This document shows positions 19,114 to 29,588 of a DNA stretch of 64,000 nucleotides, one piece after another. The stretch is from positions 1,984,001 through 2,048,000 of the forward strand of contig CAXXWQ010000004.1 of NCBI GenBank assembly GCA_963674945.2, in the 5' to 3' direction. The DNA is from an uncultured Desulfosarcina sp. GTDB lineage: Bacteria > Desulfobacterota > Desulfobacteria > Desulfobacterales > Desulfosarcinaceae. The translations under genes were made by a program, and so were the position numbers. Under the pieces are notes generated by a model. That model saw only the letters and a list, made by a program, of their open reading frames with translations. It was not told where the DNA came from and ran no database searches. How positions within the stretch are numbered: the stretch's first letter is position 1; each line of letters begins with the position of its first letter.

Positions 19114-20061
19114 TTAAATAATCCAAACGGCCAATTGATCGGCCAGCTTCAGCACCTGGTCGCTGACACGCCCGATGACGTACTCTTCGATGAAGGTGAT
19201 GATCCCCCGACGGCCGACGACAATACTTCCGATGCCGTTTCCCATGGCCTCCTTGACGATGTGCCCGGCACGATCTTGCCCGACGGCGTGAATCTTCAAA
19301 GAGATCCGATCGGTTGGGAACCCATCCTCCAGAAGTCTCTTGCGAGCCTCCTCCAACCGGTCTCCGATTTTGAGTTTGCCCGTCACGATCCGACTGAGGC
19401 AATTGTCGATCCGAAAAGTGGGATCTTCTCCGGGCCAGAACTTTTTATCCTCATCGATGATGCTGTAAAGTTCCAGGTCATGGCCCGACGTGCCCACCAG
19501 GGAACCGACACACACGACCCCCTTCATGGCGCCGTGGGTACCGTCGAAAGCCACCAAGAGGTGCTCCAGGTCGGGCTTGCCACCCACCACCACGACGGGA
19601 ATGTGTTTGATTCTGGAAACCAGTTTCATCGCGGTACTTTTGATCAGCCAGTCCTTGAAACGGCTCCAACCGGTGCGCCCCACCACGATGGCATCGTACT
19701 CGTCGTAGGACTCCTTTACGATGTCCTGTGTGATGCCCAGATTCTCAGCCGGCGTCTTGTAGGTGATGGCCGATTCGGGAAAACCTTTCTGCTTGAAATA
19801 GACCAATGCGCTGTGCATGGTGCTGTCGATGTTCACCTTTTGCTCCGTGGCCCATCGTTTCAACCCGGCCACGCGGCGCTTGTACAGGGGGTAGGCATCC
19901 AGTTCGGAAAAGAGCGTGAACAACTGGGCCTGAACATGGAATAGAACAACGTTGGTCCGATCCGGCGCAAATACATTTGCGGCATATCGAATCGCACGCA
20001 ACGATTGCTCACTTCCATCCACGGCAACGAGAATTTTATGAGGGGGCACGCATTCTTTCAT
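19114..20061 (-). CDS. Universal stress protein with tandem UspA domains
   Basis: ILVAVDGS...IVVGRTG; LLVAFDG...IVVGRRG...GRVS. Confidence 0.9.
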   Translation of the reverse strand: MKECVPPHKILVAVDGSEQSLRAIRYAANVFAPDRTNVVLFHVQAQLFTLFSELDAYPLYKRRVAGLKRWATEQKVNIDSTMHSALVYFKQKGFPESAITYKTPAENLGITQDIVKESYDEYDAIVVGRTGWSRFKDWLIKSTAMKLVSRIKHIPVVVVGGKPDLEHLLVAFDGTHGAMKGVVCVGSLVGTSGHDLELYSIIDEDKKFWPGEDPTFRIDNCLSRIVTGKLKIGDRLEEARKRLLEDGFPTDRISLKIHAVGQDRAGHIVKEAMGNGIGSIVVGRRGIITFIEEYVIGRVSDQVLKLADQLAVWII

Positions 20062-20281
20062 GTGATACCTCCTTGTTCGTTGTCCTACGGGTTGATTTGT
20101 AAGAAGAATCCCACAATTCTTCTATATTATTTGTAGCGTCTCGATAGGATGGCGTCAACATAAGAAAATGCCGGAGTGGAATGGGAAGAGAAGTTGGATC
20201 AAAAGCACGTCAATACTTTCATCGTCGGGTTGGCTCCGGGTGCAAGGCACCCGGTTTGCAAACAACCAGGCAACGCCGCTT

Positions 20282-20938
20282 TTACCGACTGCGATTTTTC
20301 ATGAGTCGTTTGCAGATGTTGATACCTGTCATTGCATTGTCCGTCCAATAATCCGCGCCAATGCCGTGGTACCGTTCCGGACGCAGGCAAGAACTTCCGA
20401 TGATGATCGGCGTGTTGGCAATGATTGGGTCCTCGTCATTTTTGAAAAGCCTAACGGTCTGTTGCATACTCTCGGCAGCCACCGTCAAAAGGCCCGATAA
20501 CCCGACGATATCGGGCTGTTTTTCGGCCGCAGCGGCACGAAATTCGATCGGCGGTATATTCACACCGAGATCGATCACTCTGAAACCATGGCATGCCGCC
20601 ATTCTTCCAAACAGATTTTTCCCCAGGTCGTGGATATCATTGTGGACCGTTCCCAGAAGAATGACCGCCGATTCCTTATCCTCCAGCCGTTCCTGAATCA
20701 ATGGGTCGACCAGATCGCTTACTCCCTGGAAAATGGCACTCGCTGCAATCAGACTGGAGATGAAATATTCGCCGATTTCGTAGCGCCTTCCAACGTCGAT
20801 CATTCCCTGCTGACATTCATCGATGATTTCCAGTGGGTCATCTCCCGCCTCCAACCGTGACGCGGCGAGCGTCAAGACCTCCTCTTCTTGAAGTTCGACG
20901 ACCTTTTTAATAAAATCTTTACCCCGAATTTGATTCAT
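20282..20938 (-). CDS. Corrinoid (B12-binding) protein, methyltransferase-cognate type
   Basis: B12 cap domain (GMIDVGRRYEIGEYFI) plus DIHDLGKN (DxHxxG), DLGVN, GLSGLLT. Confidence 0.88.
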   Translation of the reverse strand: MNQIRGKDFIKKVVELQEEEVLTLAASRLEAGDDPLEIIDECQQGMIDVGRRYEIGEYFISSLIAASAIFQGVSDLVDPLIQERLEDKESAVILLGTVHNDIHDLGKNLFGRMAACHGFRVIDLGVNIPPIEFRAAAAEKQPDIVGLSGLLTVAAESMQQTVRLFKNDEDPIIANTPIIIGSSCLRPERYHGIGADYWTDNAMTGINICKRLMKNRSR

Positions 20939-20995
20939 TCATCGATCCTGGAGAGACCTGGGCCTGAAGTAGTAATGCAGGGGCGGATGATGTAT

Positions 20996-21772
20996 CTATG
21001 CTGTGATGCCGACGGTTGTTGTAAAACGCAGTTTGTCACTTCTGCAAACAAATCGTCCCCAACTCAAAGGGCGTTCATCGAAGCCATAGAACAGATGGGT
21101 CAGAAAGAACGCCGCCGCCGGAGTTTGTACCTTTAAGATGCAAGCCTCCTCCTCCCCCATGATGCCGGCGCTTACCGTGATCTTTCCATATTTGAACAGA
21201 TTGTGACCACGGCCTTCCAGCAGGCCCTGCATGGAAGTGACTTCCAGTTCTGATTCGACAATGGGATGGTGAACGTCACAGATTAGGTATTCACAATGAT
21301 AGAACAGGGGGTTGTCATCGGTTACGATCAGCCGCCGGAGGTTGATGGTTCGCTCTCCTTCGGCGATGGATAGTTTCTCTGCAATTTTCGAATCGGCTGA
21401 AACCAGTTGAACATCGAGAATTTTTACCTTGGCGGTGGTGGCTTGGCTGTAAAGCTTTTGCAGGTCATCGAGGCTGAACGTCGCCGCTCCCAGATCCAAC
21501 CGTTTGACGTAAGTCCCTCGACCTCGCTCGGTGGTGACGACGCCCTCGTCAACGAGCATGCTGATGGCCCGCCGCACTGTCATCGAACTGACATTATACG
21601 CCTTGCACAGTTCCGATTCCGAGGGGAGTTGCTCGCCGGCCCGGAGCCCTTCGGATATGATTTTTCTACGAAGAAGCCTTCCGAGTTGCACATAGACGGG
21701 TTCGTACGCGTTACGGTCGATCTGATCCAACGGTTTCTCGCTGGATGCTTGTTCTGCAAATGTGGGGTTCAT
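20996..21772 (-). CDS. GntR-family (HutC/UTRA) transcriptional regulator
   Basis: PVYVQL...LPSESELCKAYNVSSMTVRRA...GRGTYV wHTH followed by a UTRA-like domain; GGAGG RBS. Confidence 0.9.
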   Translation of the reverse strand: MNPTFAEQASSEKPLDQIDRNAYEPVYVQLGRLLRRKIISEGLRAGEQLPSESELCKAYNVSSMTVRRAISMLVDEGVVTTERGRGTYVKRLDLGAATFSLDDLQKLYSQATTAKVKILDVQLVSADSKIAEKLSIAEGERTINLRRLIVTDDNPLFYHCEYLICDVHHPIVESELEVTSMQGLLEGRGHNLFKYGKITVSAGIMGEEEACILKVQTPAAAFFLTHLFYGFDERPLSWGRFVCRSDKLRFTTTVGITA

Positions 21773-22177
21773 CGAATCGTCCTCCGCCGCGTATGGGGAT
21801 CCCGATGCGTCCAACCACCGACACCCGGCTACCAAATATCGAAAATTAAACTAATCATTTCAGATATTTTTACAAAACAGAACTTCTGTCGGCCTTTTTT
21901 TCTATAGCATGAGGTATCATCCGGGTACAAGAAGATAATACTTGACTACCTCTCTATGGAGGTTTATAAGCGCTATCGAAAAAGAAAGTGCCTGCATCGA
22001 AGAGTCACCTTCATCTCTTTTTCCATGCGAGGCTTGACAAATGTTAATGAAATATGGTTGTTTACTGCGCTGAAATTGACATCCCGGTAACAAAAGATTT
22101 CCATTTCGGAAGTCTTTTATACTTTTAGGGGTTCTTCGAATGAACATCAGGAAAAAAATGAAATTCAGGAAACACCA

Positions 22178-23542
22178 ATGGCAAGAGGACTAGACGGATA
22201 CGCGGGCAACGGCACCTTCTCCCATGGCATTCATCCTCCGGAAAACAAGGATCTGGCCAAGGATGCGGCCATTCGTGTGTTGCCCACGCCGGAAAAGGTG
22301 ATGCTCTCCTTGCATCAGAACATCGGCGGACCGTGCGAACCATTGGTCAAGGCGCGCCAATCGGTATTGTGGGGGGAGATGATCGGCAAGGGAAAAATCT
22401 TCGTCTCCACCACTTTGCACGCATCGGTTCCCGGCATCGTCCAACGGCCCAAGCGCATGACCCTGGCCAACGGACGGCACATGGACACATTGCCCATTAA
22501 AACCGAGGGGGAGATTCCGGAAGGAGCGGCCCTGTTTGAGGAGATCTTCGGTGGCCATTGGCCGACAACCGGCCTGGATGCCTACGATCCATCCGAAATC
22601 AGTAAGGACATCAATGCAGGGGGTCTTGTGGGGCTGGGTGGAGCGGCTTTTCCCACCCATGTGAAAATCATGCCCAACGACAAGAAACCGGTGAACACCC
22701 TCATCGTAAACGGTTGTGAGTGCGAACCCTACCTCACATCCGACTACCGGCTGATGCTGGAAGCACCGGCGCCCATCATCACCGGTGCCCTGTTGGCAGC
22801 CCGCAGTGTCGGGGCCAGTCGGATCGCCATTGGCGTCGAGGACAATAAAATGGACGCCGTCGAAGCGCTCAAAAAGGCGGCCAGCGGCACCGGCATTCAG
22901 ATCGCCGTGCTCAAGACGAAGTACCCCCAGGGCAGTGAGAAACACTTGGTTCAGGCCGTTACGAAGCTACAGGTACCACTTGGGGGGCTCCCATCGGATG
23001 TTGGCGTGGCCATCAGCAACGTCGGGACCATGGCCGCCGTGGCTCAGGCCGTGATTCACAAGAGGCCGCTTACCCATCGCGTGATCAGCGTCACGGGCAG
23101 GGGCATCGCCAACCCATCCAACGTACTGGCTCCCGTCGGGGTATCCTTCGGCGCCCTCATCGATTTCTGCGGCGGACTTACCGCCGATGCCGCCCGAATG
23201 GTTGCCGGTGGTCCCATGATGGGGTTTGCCTTTTCCAACCCCGATACACCGGTCACCAAGGGTACCAGCGGACTCACCGTCTTGACCCATGACGAGGTGA
23301 AGGCGGTGGAAGAAACCGTTTGTGTCAGGTGCGGTCGGTGTGTGGATGTATGTCCCATGAAACTGGTGCCAACAAAAATTGCCATGGCATCCAGGCACAA
23401 GGACATCTCATTGTCGCGACGGTATAACATCATGGCCTGTTTCGAGTGTGGCTCCTGTGCATACACATGCCCGGCCCACATCCCCCTCGTTCAACTGATT
23501 CGCGCCGGAAAGGCAATGGTTGCGGCGGCGGATCGGAGCTGA
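22178..23542 (+). CDS. rnfC: Rnf complex subunit C
   Basis: GLGGAAFPT, NGCECEPY, YPQGSEK, GGPMMG, two CxxCxxCxxxCP clusters. Confidence 0.95.
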   Translation: MARGLDGYAGNGTFSHGIHPPENKDLAKDAAIRVLPTPEKVMLSLHQNIGGPCEPLVKARQSVLWGEMIGKGKIFVSTTLHASVPGIVQRPKRMTLANGRHMDTLPIKTEGEIPEGAALFEEIFGGHWPTTGLDAYDPSEISKDINAGGLVGLGGAAFPTHVKIMPNDKKPVNTLIVNGCECEPYLTSDYRLMLEAPAPIITGALLAARSVGASRIAIGVEDNKMDAVEALKKAASGTGIQIAVLKTKYPQGSEKHLVQAVTKLQVPLGGLPSDVGVAISNVGTMAAVAQAVIHKRPLTHRVISVTGRGIANPSNVLAPVGVSFGALIDFCGGLTADAARMVAGGPMMGFAFSNPDTPVTKGTSGLTVLTHDEVKAVEETVCVRCGRCVDVCPMKLVPTKIAMASRHKDISLSRRYNIMACFECGSCAYTCPAHIPLVQLIRAGKAMVAAADRS

Positions 23543-23569
23543 ATTCGGAACCACAAAGAGAAATCAACC

Positions 23570-24562
23570 ATGCAAAACAATCAAGTTACCTCCATCGATA
23601 AGAACCAGCAGGCAGAACCGGTGATCCACGTATCGCCATCACCCCACCTTGTGCAAACGACCACCAGTACCCAAAGGATGATGGTGGATGTGCTCGTGGC
23701 CCTTGTTCCCGCGGTCGCCATGTCCCTGTACATCTTCAGAGGGTACGCCCTGTTTCAGTTGGCCGTATGCATCACGGGAAGCCTCTTGGCGGAGTTTCTC
23801 TTCGTCAAACTCAGGGGCCGCAGCGCCACGCTAACGGATTGTTCGGCCCTGGTGACCGGTGTCATCCTCGCTCTCTCCCTGCCCGGAACGGCCCCCTGGT
23901 ATGTGGGCGTCATCGCCGCCTTCGTCGCCATCGGCATCGGCAAGGTGATCTTCGGCGGGCTGGGCATGAACCTGTTCAATCCGGCCATGGTGGGACGGGC
24001 CTTCGTCATGATCTCCTTTGCCGGCGCATTGGCCGCCTCAGGGTTCGAAGACGTGCAAAGCGCCGTGGACGCCATCACCCAGGCCACACCCATGAATGCC
24101 TACAAGATGAACGGCACGGTGGCAACCCTCGGCAGTCTCTTCTGGGGGACCACCAACGGCAGCCTCGGAGAGACCAGTGCCCTGGCATGCCTGCTGGGCG
24201 GCATCTATCTGATCATTCGGAAAACCGCCTCATGGGAAATTCCGGTGGGAATCCTCTCTGCCGTGGTGATCATCGGCGGGCTGGCCGACATTTTGGGAAG
24301 TGCAGACGGATGGACGGTGATCCACCACATCTTCGGCGGTTCGCTGTTGTTCGGAGCCTTTTTCATTGCCACGGATCCGGTCACCAGCCCCTTGGCGCCC
24401 AAGGGCAAATTCATATTCGGACTGGGTATCGGTGTGTTTATCATGGTGTTGCGCCTGTTCTCCGGTTATCCGGAAGGTGTGATGTTTGCCGTCTTGTTCA
24501 TGAACGGCCTGACCCCGCTGATCAATCGATGGACCATTCCCACACCGTTCGGTGGGAAATAA
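23570..24562 (+). CDS. rnfD: Rnf complex subunit D
   Basis: SPH N-terminus, FGGLGMNLFNPA, ITQATP flavinylation site, GETS, IATDPVTSP. Confidence 0.95.
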   Translation: MQNNQVTSIDKNQQAEPVIHVSPSPHLVQTTTSTQRMMVDVLVALVPAVAMSLYIFRGYALFQLAVCITGSLLAEFLFVKLRGRSATLTDCSALVTGVILALSLPGTAPWYVGVIAAFVAIGIGKVIFGGLGMNLFNPAMVGRAFVMISFAGALAASGFEDVQSAVDAITQATPMNAYKMNGTVATLGSLFWGTTNGSLGETSALACLLGGIYLIIRKTASWEIPVGILSAVVIIGGLADILGSADGWTVIHHIFGGSLLFGAFFIATDPVTSPLAPKGKFIFGLGIGVFIMVLRLFSGYPEGVMFAVLFMNGLTPLINRWTIPTPFGGK

Positions 24563-24618
24563 TGAATCGGATCGAAAGATTGCGCACTTTTGCAGTAAGG
24601 ACTTGGAATTGAGAGACG

Positions 24619-25311
24619 ATGAACGACGACAACGCTGAAAAAAAATCGGTTGCCGGCGGGCTGAAATCAAACAAGCTCGTGCAGGCATGGCTGGTGCTGA
24701 TCCTGGCCACGGGATTCGGCGTATCCCTGGCCAGTGTTCAAAACGCCCTGGGCCCCGTGATCGAAACAAACAAGCTCAACGAGACGCTGGAAAAGGTACC
24801 GGAACTGGTGCTGGGAAAGGAACTTGCCGCCAAGATGGCGGGTGAGAACCAGACCCTTTCCATAACGCCGCACCAGGTGGCCGTGGAAAAGGCGGACCGA
24901 AGCAAATTTTATAGCGTCTATGAAGCCCGGTACCAGGGAGACTTGAAGGGATGGGTAGTAAAGACCAAGGGACAGGGCTATGCAGACACCATAGAACTGC
25001 TGTTGGGTCTCTCTTCCGATCTTTCCACCATTACCGGCATGTTTGTTTTGGACCAGAAGGAGACACCCGGCCTGGGCAACAAGATCATCTTCGACGACTG
25101 GCGGGGACAGTTCATCGGTACACCGGCCACCCAGCCTCTGGTGGTGGTCAAGACCGGTGCCCAGAAACCCGGTGAGATCGACGCGGTGACTGGTGCCACC
25201 ATTTCGTCCAAGAGCGTGACCAACTTGATCAACGGAGCCCTTGGCGATTTGCGGAAACCACTGGCCGATATGCCGGCCGCCGTTCAAGAGGGAGGCAAAA
25301 CCGATGGCTGA
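24619..25311 (+). CDS. rnfG: Rnf complex subunit G
   Basis: One TM segment, ETPGLG, DAVTGATISS FMN-attachment motif. Confidence 0.93.
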   Translation: MNDDNAEKKSVAGGLKSNKLVQAWLVLILATGFGVSLASVQNALGPVIETNKLNETLEKVPELVLGKELAAKMAGENQTLSITPHQVAVEKADRSKFYSVYEARYQGDLKGWVVKTKGQGYADTIELLLGLSSDLSTITGMFVLDQKETPGLGNKIIFDDWRGQFIGTPATQPLVVVKTGAQKPGEIDAVTGATISSKSVTNLINGALGDLRKPLADMPAAVQEGGKTDG

Positions 25312-25912
25312 CAAACCCACCAACACAGAGCTGTTCATTCGGGGCATTTTGCCGGAGAACCCGGTATATCGCCAGCTCTTGGGACTCTGCCCCACCCTGG
25401 CCGTGACCAACGGCCTCAAGGCCGCCGTCACCATGACCGCAGCCGTGGCCTTCGTACTGCTTTGCGCCAATGTGATCACCAGCCTGATTCGAAACCTGCT
25501 CAAGCCCCATCTTCGCATCGTGGTTTTCACCTTGACCATCGCCACCTTCGTTACCATCGCCGATCGGATCCTGGCTGCCTACCTTTATCAGATGAGCAAA
25601 ACCCTGGGGCCGTACATCCCGCTGATCATCGTCAACTGCATTATCATCTGTCGCTTAGAGGTGATCGCCTCCAAGCAGGGTGTTGTTTCCGCCGCAGCGG
25701 ACGCCATCGGCCAGAGCCTGGGATTTGGGCTGGCCCTGGTGAGCATTGCCACCATCCGGGAGATTCTGGGAACCGGTTGCCTCTTCGGCATCGAGGTCCT
25801 GCCGACGGCATGGCCGGACTGGGTAATCATGGTGCTGCCGCCCGGTGCGTTTCTCACCTTCGGCCTGCTGCTGGGAACTGTCAACTGGTTCGCCGAGAAA
25901 AAGAAAGCGTAA
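25304..25912 (+). CDS. rnfE: Rnf complex subunit E
   Basis: ENP...LGLCPTLAVT, PLIIVNCII, LPPGAF; GGAGG RBS. Confidence 0.93.
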   Translation: MADKPTNTELFIRGILPENPVYRQLLGLCPTLAVTNGLKAAVTMTAAVAFVLLCANVITSLIRNLLKPHLRIVVFTLTIATFVTIADRILAAYLYQMSKTLGPYIPLIIVNCIIICRLEVIASKQGVVSAAADAIGQSLGFGLALVSIATIREILGTGCLFGIEVLPTAWPDWVIMVLPPGAFLTFGLLLGTVNWFAEKKKA

Positions 25913-25918
25913 GAAAAA

Positions 25919-26764
25919 ATGAATTACCTCATCGATATTCTGCTCATCGCCCTTGGCGCGGCCCTGATCAACAACTTCGTTCTCTATTATTTCGTCGGCA
26001 TCTGCCCCTTTATCGGGGTCTCCCGTCGGGTGGAGATGGCCGTTGGCATGGGGTGCGCCGTCACCTTCGTCATCTCCATCGCCGCATTCATCGCCTGGAC
26101 CGTCACCACTTTCGTGCTGATGCCCGGTGCACCGCTTACGAAAATGATTGCGGGATTGTTCATGCCCGCAGAGTCCGCCGCCATGGTGGACCTTACCATA
26201 TTGAGCTACATCGTCTACATTTTCGCCATCAGTAGTTCGGTCCAGTTCGTCGAGATGTACGTTCGACGCTTCTTTCCCAGCCTATACAAGGCCTTCGGCG
26301 TATTCTTACCGCTCATCACCACCAACTGCGCCATCTTGTTTGCCTGTCTGACCATCATGAGCAACGTAGTTGGCGCGGAAAATCCGGCGGACCGATGGGA
26401 TCTGGGGCGAGCACTTACCCTTGCCTTTTTCGGCGGCGTGGGCTTTACCATCGCCATCGTCATCATGGCCGGCATCAGGGAAGAGCTGGAGCTTTGCGAC
26501 ATTCCCAAGCCCTTTCGCGGCGCCGCCATCACTTTGGTCGTCGGTGGCATCCTTGCCATGGCATTCATGGGCTTCACCGGGGTCGATTCAGGACTGCGGG
26601 AGGCCATGACCGCAAAACCGGCGGCAGTGGAGGCAAACGAATCCGTCCAGTCGCCACAGCCGTCTGAAGACAAACAACAAGCACGACGATTGGGCGATGG
26701 CCCCTTATCGGCATGCGTCGAATTGCCAATCCATCACCAACAGGGGGTATCATGTCTTGGGTAA
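25919..26764 (+). CDS. rnfA: Rnf complex subunit A (with C-terminal extension)
   Basis: [35 protein letters not shown]. Confidence 0.92.
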   Translation: MNYLIDILLIALGAALINNFVLYYFVGICPFIGVSRRVEMAVGMGCAVTFVISIAAFIAWTVTTFVLMPGAPLTKMIAGLFMPAESAAMVDLTILSYIVYIFAISSSVQFVEMYVRRFFPSLYKAFGVFLPLITTNCAILFACLTIMSNVVGAENPADRWDLGRALTLAFFGGVGFTIAIVIMAGIREELELCDIPKPFRGAAITLVVGGILAMAFMGFTGVDSGLREAMTAKPAAVEANESVQSPQPSEDKQQARRLGDGPLSACVELPIHHQQGVSCLG

Positions 26765-27663
26765 TCATCGGTCTGGCCGCCGCGACCATGCTGGCCATGG
26801 CCCTTATTTTCTCGTTCATATTGGGATGGGCCAATCAGGCCTTTCATGTGGAAGTGGATCCCCGGGTGGATGCGGCCATCGAAATACTGCCGGGAGCCAA
26901 CTGCGGCGGTTGCGGCTACGTGGGTTGTGGTGAATACGCCGAAGCCGTGGTTTTGGAAGGGGCCGAGGTAAACCTGTGCACCGTCGGCGGAAAAAGTTGT
27001 GCCCTGGCCCTGGCCGATGTGATGGGTGTAGAAGTTTCCGTCAGCTTTCCATGGCGCCCCGTGGTCCATTGCGGTGCCACGGCGGAAGACCGTCTGGGAA
27101 AAAGTCCTTACAGGGGCGAACAGCGATGCGCCACTGCCAACCTGGTAACCGACATACAGGGCTGCACCTATGGCTGCCTCGGGTTCGGAGACTGTACACG
27201 GGCATGTAATTTCGACGCCATTCACGTGGTTGATGGACTGGCCCGGGTGGATTACGAAAAATGTGTGGGATGCGGCGCCTGCGCGAAAGCATGCCCGCGC
27301 AACATCATCACCATGGCCCCCTTCAAGACAGACCGTATGCTGGTTGTCGAGTGCGCCAACCTGGATGCAGGCAAAGACGTCAAGGATGTGTGCAAAGTTG
27401 GCTGTCTTGCGTGCAAGGCATGTGAACGGACCTGTAAAATGTTCAGCATCCAAAACAACCTCTCCACCATCGATTACGACAATTACACCGTTGAAAATTT
27501 AACCGCCGGCCTGGAAGCCGCCGAGAAATGTCCACGAAACCGACTCGTGTTCGTGGGTATTCCTTCGGAAAGGGATATTCTGGAAGCAGCCAAAGAGGAC
27601 CTGCCCCAGGTGATTGAAGCGGATTTCAAAACCACGGTAGACGACACCGAGTGGCGGGGATAA
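26752..27663 (+). CDS. rnfB: Rnf complex subunit B (polyferredoxin)
   Basis: [44 protein letters not shown]. Confidence 0.93.
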   Translation: MSWVIIGLAAATMLAMALIFSFILGWANQAFHVEVDPRVDAAIEILPGANCGGCGYVGCGEYAEAVVLEGAEVNLCTVGGKSCALALADVMGVEVSVSFPWRPVVHCGATAEDRLGKSPYRGEQRCATANLVTDIQGCTYGCLGFGDCTRACNFDAIHVVDGLARVDYEKCVGCGACAKACPRNIITMAPFKTDRMLVVECANLDAGKDVKDVCKVGCLACKACERTCKMFSIQNNLSTIDYDNYTVENLTAGLEAAEKCPRNRLVFVGIPSERDILEAAKEDLPQVIEADFKTTVDDTEWRG

Positions 27664-27736
27664 TCCTACCACGTTCAATTCATGAATATCTGCCTTGACG
27701 GTCAAAACACCGGGTTGGTAATGAAGGTGTTACGTC

Positions 27737-28477
27737 ATGAAAGTGGAGCAGACCGCCGAAATCGGGTACGACGAAGTGGCAGTGGACTTTTGCTTGAAGC
27801 TGCCTTGCCTGTTTCGTCGCCTTCAACATGCAGCCATCTATCATTCCGAATCGGTTGGCCTCGGTCCGGAATCCATGGCACGAAACGGCGGCGTCTGGAT
27901 ACTGCATCGCATGCGGGTGAACATCCACCGCATGCCGATGTACCGAGAAACGATCACCGTTCGTACGTGGCACAAGGGGAGCACCGGATTCAGGGCCGGT
28001 AGAGACTATCTCGTTTTGTGCGGAGAGGAAACAGTAGCGGCGGCAACGAGTCAGTGGCTCTATTACGATCTGTCCCGTAAACGGATTGCCAAGATTGCTG
28101 AAGCCATCACCACCCCGTACGGCGCCGAAAAGGAAGATGCCCTCGATATCGACCGCGATATCAATACGATCGACTTCCCCATTCAAAAGGGAATGGTGCC
28201 TTCGCAGACGCTGCCCATCACCACCCGACATGGGGATTATGATACCAACGGCCATGTAAACAATACGGTTTACCTGGAATATCTCGATACCTTCCTTTGC
28301 CGAACCGATATTGTCTCGGGACGCATCAACCGAATCGGCATTGAATTCATCAAAGAGATCGGTTTTAATGTTCATACCATCCACTGTGGTGCCTCCCGAA
28401 CCGATGATGCCGTGTATTTCCGGCTCTATGATCCGTCGGCAATTTATGCAGCGGGATTCATCACCATGGAAAAATGA
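27737..28477 (+). CDS. Acyl-ACP thioesterase family protein
   Basis: Double hotdog fold: WIL.RM....RMP...ITVRTW, DYDTNGHVNN..Y. Confidence 0.85.
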   Translation: MKVEQTAEIGYDEVAVDFCLKLPCLFRRLQHAAIYHSESVGLGPESMARNGGVWILHRMRVNIHRMPMYRETITVRTWHKGSTGFRAGRDYLVLCGEETVAAATSQWLYYDLSRKRIAKIAEAITTPYGAEKEDALDIDRDINTIDFPIQKGMVPSQTLPITTRHGDYDTNGHVNNTVYLEYLDTFLCRTDIVSGRINRIGIEFIKEIGFNVHTIHCGASRTDDAVYFRLYDPSAIYAAGFITMEK

Positions 28478-28489
28478 AGACAGATCGAT

Positions 28490-28675
28490 ATGGACTATTT
28501 TCTCTGCGTTATTGGCATGGTGATGATTGTGGAAGGCGTTCCCTACTTTGCCGCACCGGCCCGAATGAAGGTGTGGATGGCGAAGATCATGGAAATGGCA
28601 CCAGGCTCCCTCCGTCGCATCGGCCTGGTAATGATGGTGGTCGGATTGTTTCTCGTATATTTGGGGCGCCGATAA
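28490..28675 (+). CDS. DUF2065 (YjeT-like) small membrane protein
   Basis: GMVMIVEGVPYFAAP...LRRIGL, 61 aa, 2 TM. Confidence 0.8.
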   Translation: MDYFLCVIGMVMIVEGVPYFAAPARMKVWMAKIMEMAPGSLRRIGLVMMVVGLFLVYLGRR

Positions 28676-28685
28676 AAGGCTTTGC

Positions 28686-29273
28686 CTATCCGTTCTTATA
28701 AAGGTAGAAAAATTTCATCACCCGCTTCACGTACGCTTCGGTCTCCGGATAGGGGGGAATGCCCCGAAATCGATCCACTGCCTTTGGCCCTGCATTGTAC
28801 GCCGCAAGGGCCAACGCCACGTGTCCGTCAAACCGATGGATCAACGTTTTCAGATATCGTGCCCCCCCCATGATATTCTGATAGGGATCGAAGGGATCGT
28901 TTACCCGAAGAACCGATAGGTTTTGCGGCATGATCTGCATCAGTCCCATGGCCCCTTTTTTCGACACCGCCTTGGGATCGAATGCCGACTCGGCGCGAAT
29001 CACGGCCTTGAGAAGAAGAGAATCCACGCCATGAATTTCGGCAGCCTCCTCGATGTATCGATCGTAACGATCGGCATCGATTAAAAAGTTTCGGCATTGG
29101 GGGCGATCCTTGATGTAGACTTTATATTTGCCGGATGTGGGAACATTGGTAAAATGCATGACCCCCTGACTGTCGATGTATCGATAGATGTCGGCCGACA
29201 CCGGGGTGGCCAACACGAAAACGACACACACGGCACACCGAAGAGACCACCACGTTTTCATCCTTTTGGTCAT
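28686..29273 (-). CDS. Exported lytic transglycosylase (DUF4124 + SLT domain)
   Basis: ADIYRYIDSQGVMHFTNVP; AVIRAES, GAMGLMQIMP, AAYNAG, ETEAYV. Confidence 0.9.
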   Translation of the reverse strand: MTKRMKTWWSLRCAVCVVFVLATPVSADIYRYIDSQGVMHFTNVPTSGKYKVYIKDRPQCRNFLIDADRYDRYIEEAAEIHGVDSLLLKAVIRAESAFDPKAVSKKGAMGLMQIMPQNLSVLRVNDPFDPYQNIMGGARYLKTLIHRFDGHVALALAAYNAGPKAVDRFRGIPPYPETEAYVKRVMKFFYLYKNG

Positions 29274-29448
29274 AGACCCGATACCATTGCAATATATGAT
29301 CGATGGTTCAGCATTTCAACGGCCCGGCACACTTTGCCGGCGTTGTGTCTCATCCATAAAGTATCGGCACCATGGGCGAATCAGTTAAATCATTTCTCCA
29401 TCCACAGCGGTGAAATGGGACGGACTTCCCAAAGCCACCTGCGGGACC

Positions 29449-29478
29449 TTGACACCCCATCGATTTTTCGCTTATAGA
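29449..29478 (+). promoter_or_regulatory. Putative sigma70 promoter for uraA
   Basis: TTGACA-N18-TATAGA about 110 nt upstream of the ATG. Confidence 0.35.
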
Positions 29479-29588
29479 GCGGTTCAATTGTGGCGACAAT
29501 CCACAAGTGCCTGCCCTCCCCTTTTTTATCCGGCCACCGTTGAAGAGGAGGGATAGGGATTTCAATGCTCTAACTTCGAGGAGATGAC

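Noticed and set aside
21773..22177. Cobalamin or SAM riboswitch near the corrinoid gene; Rex box before rnfC
   Set aside because: Core consensus segments not found on either strand
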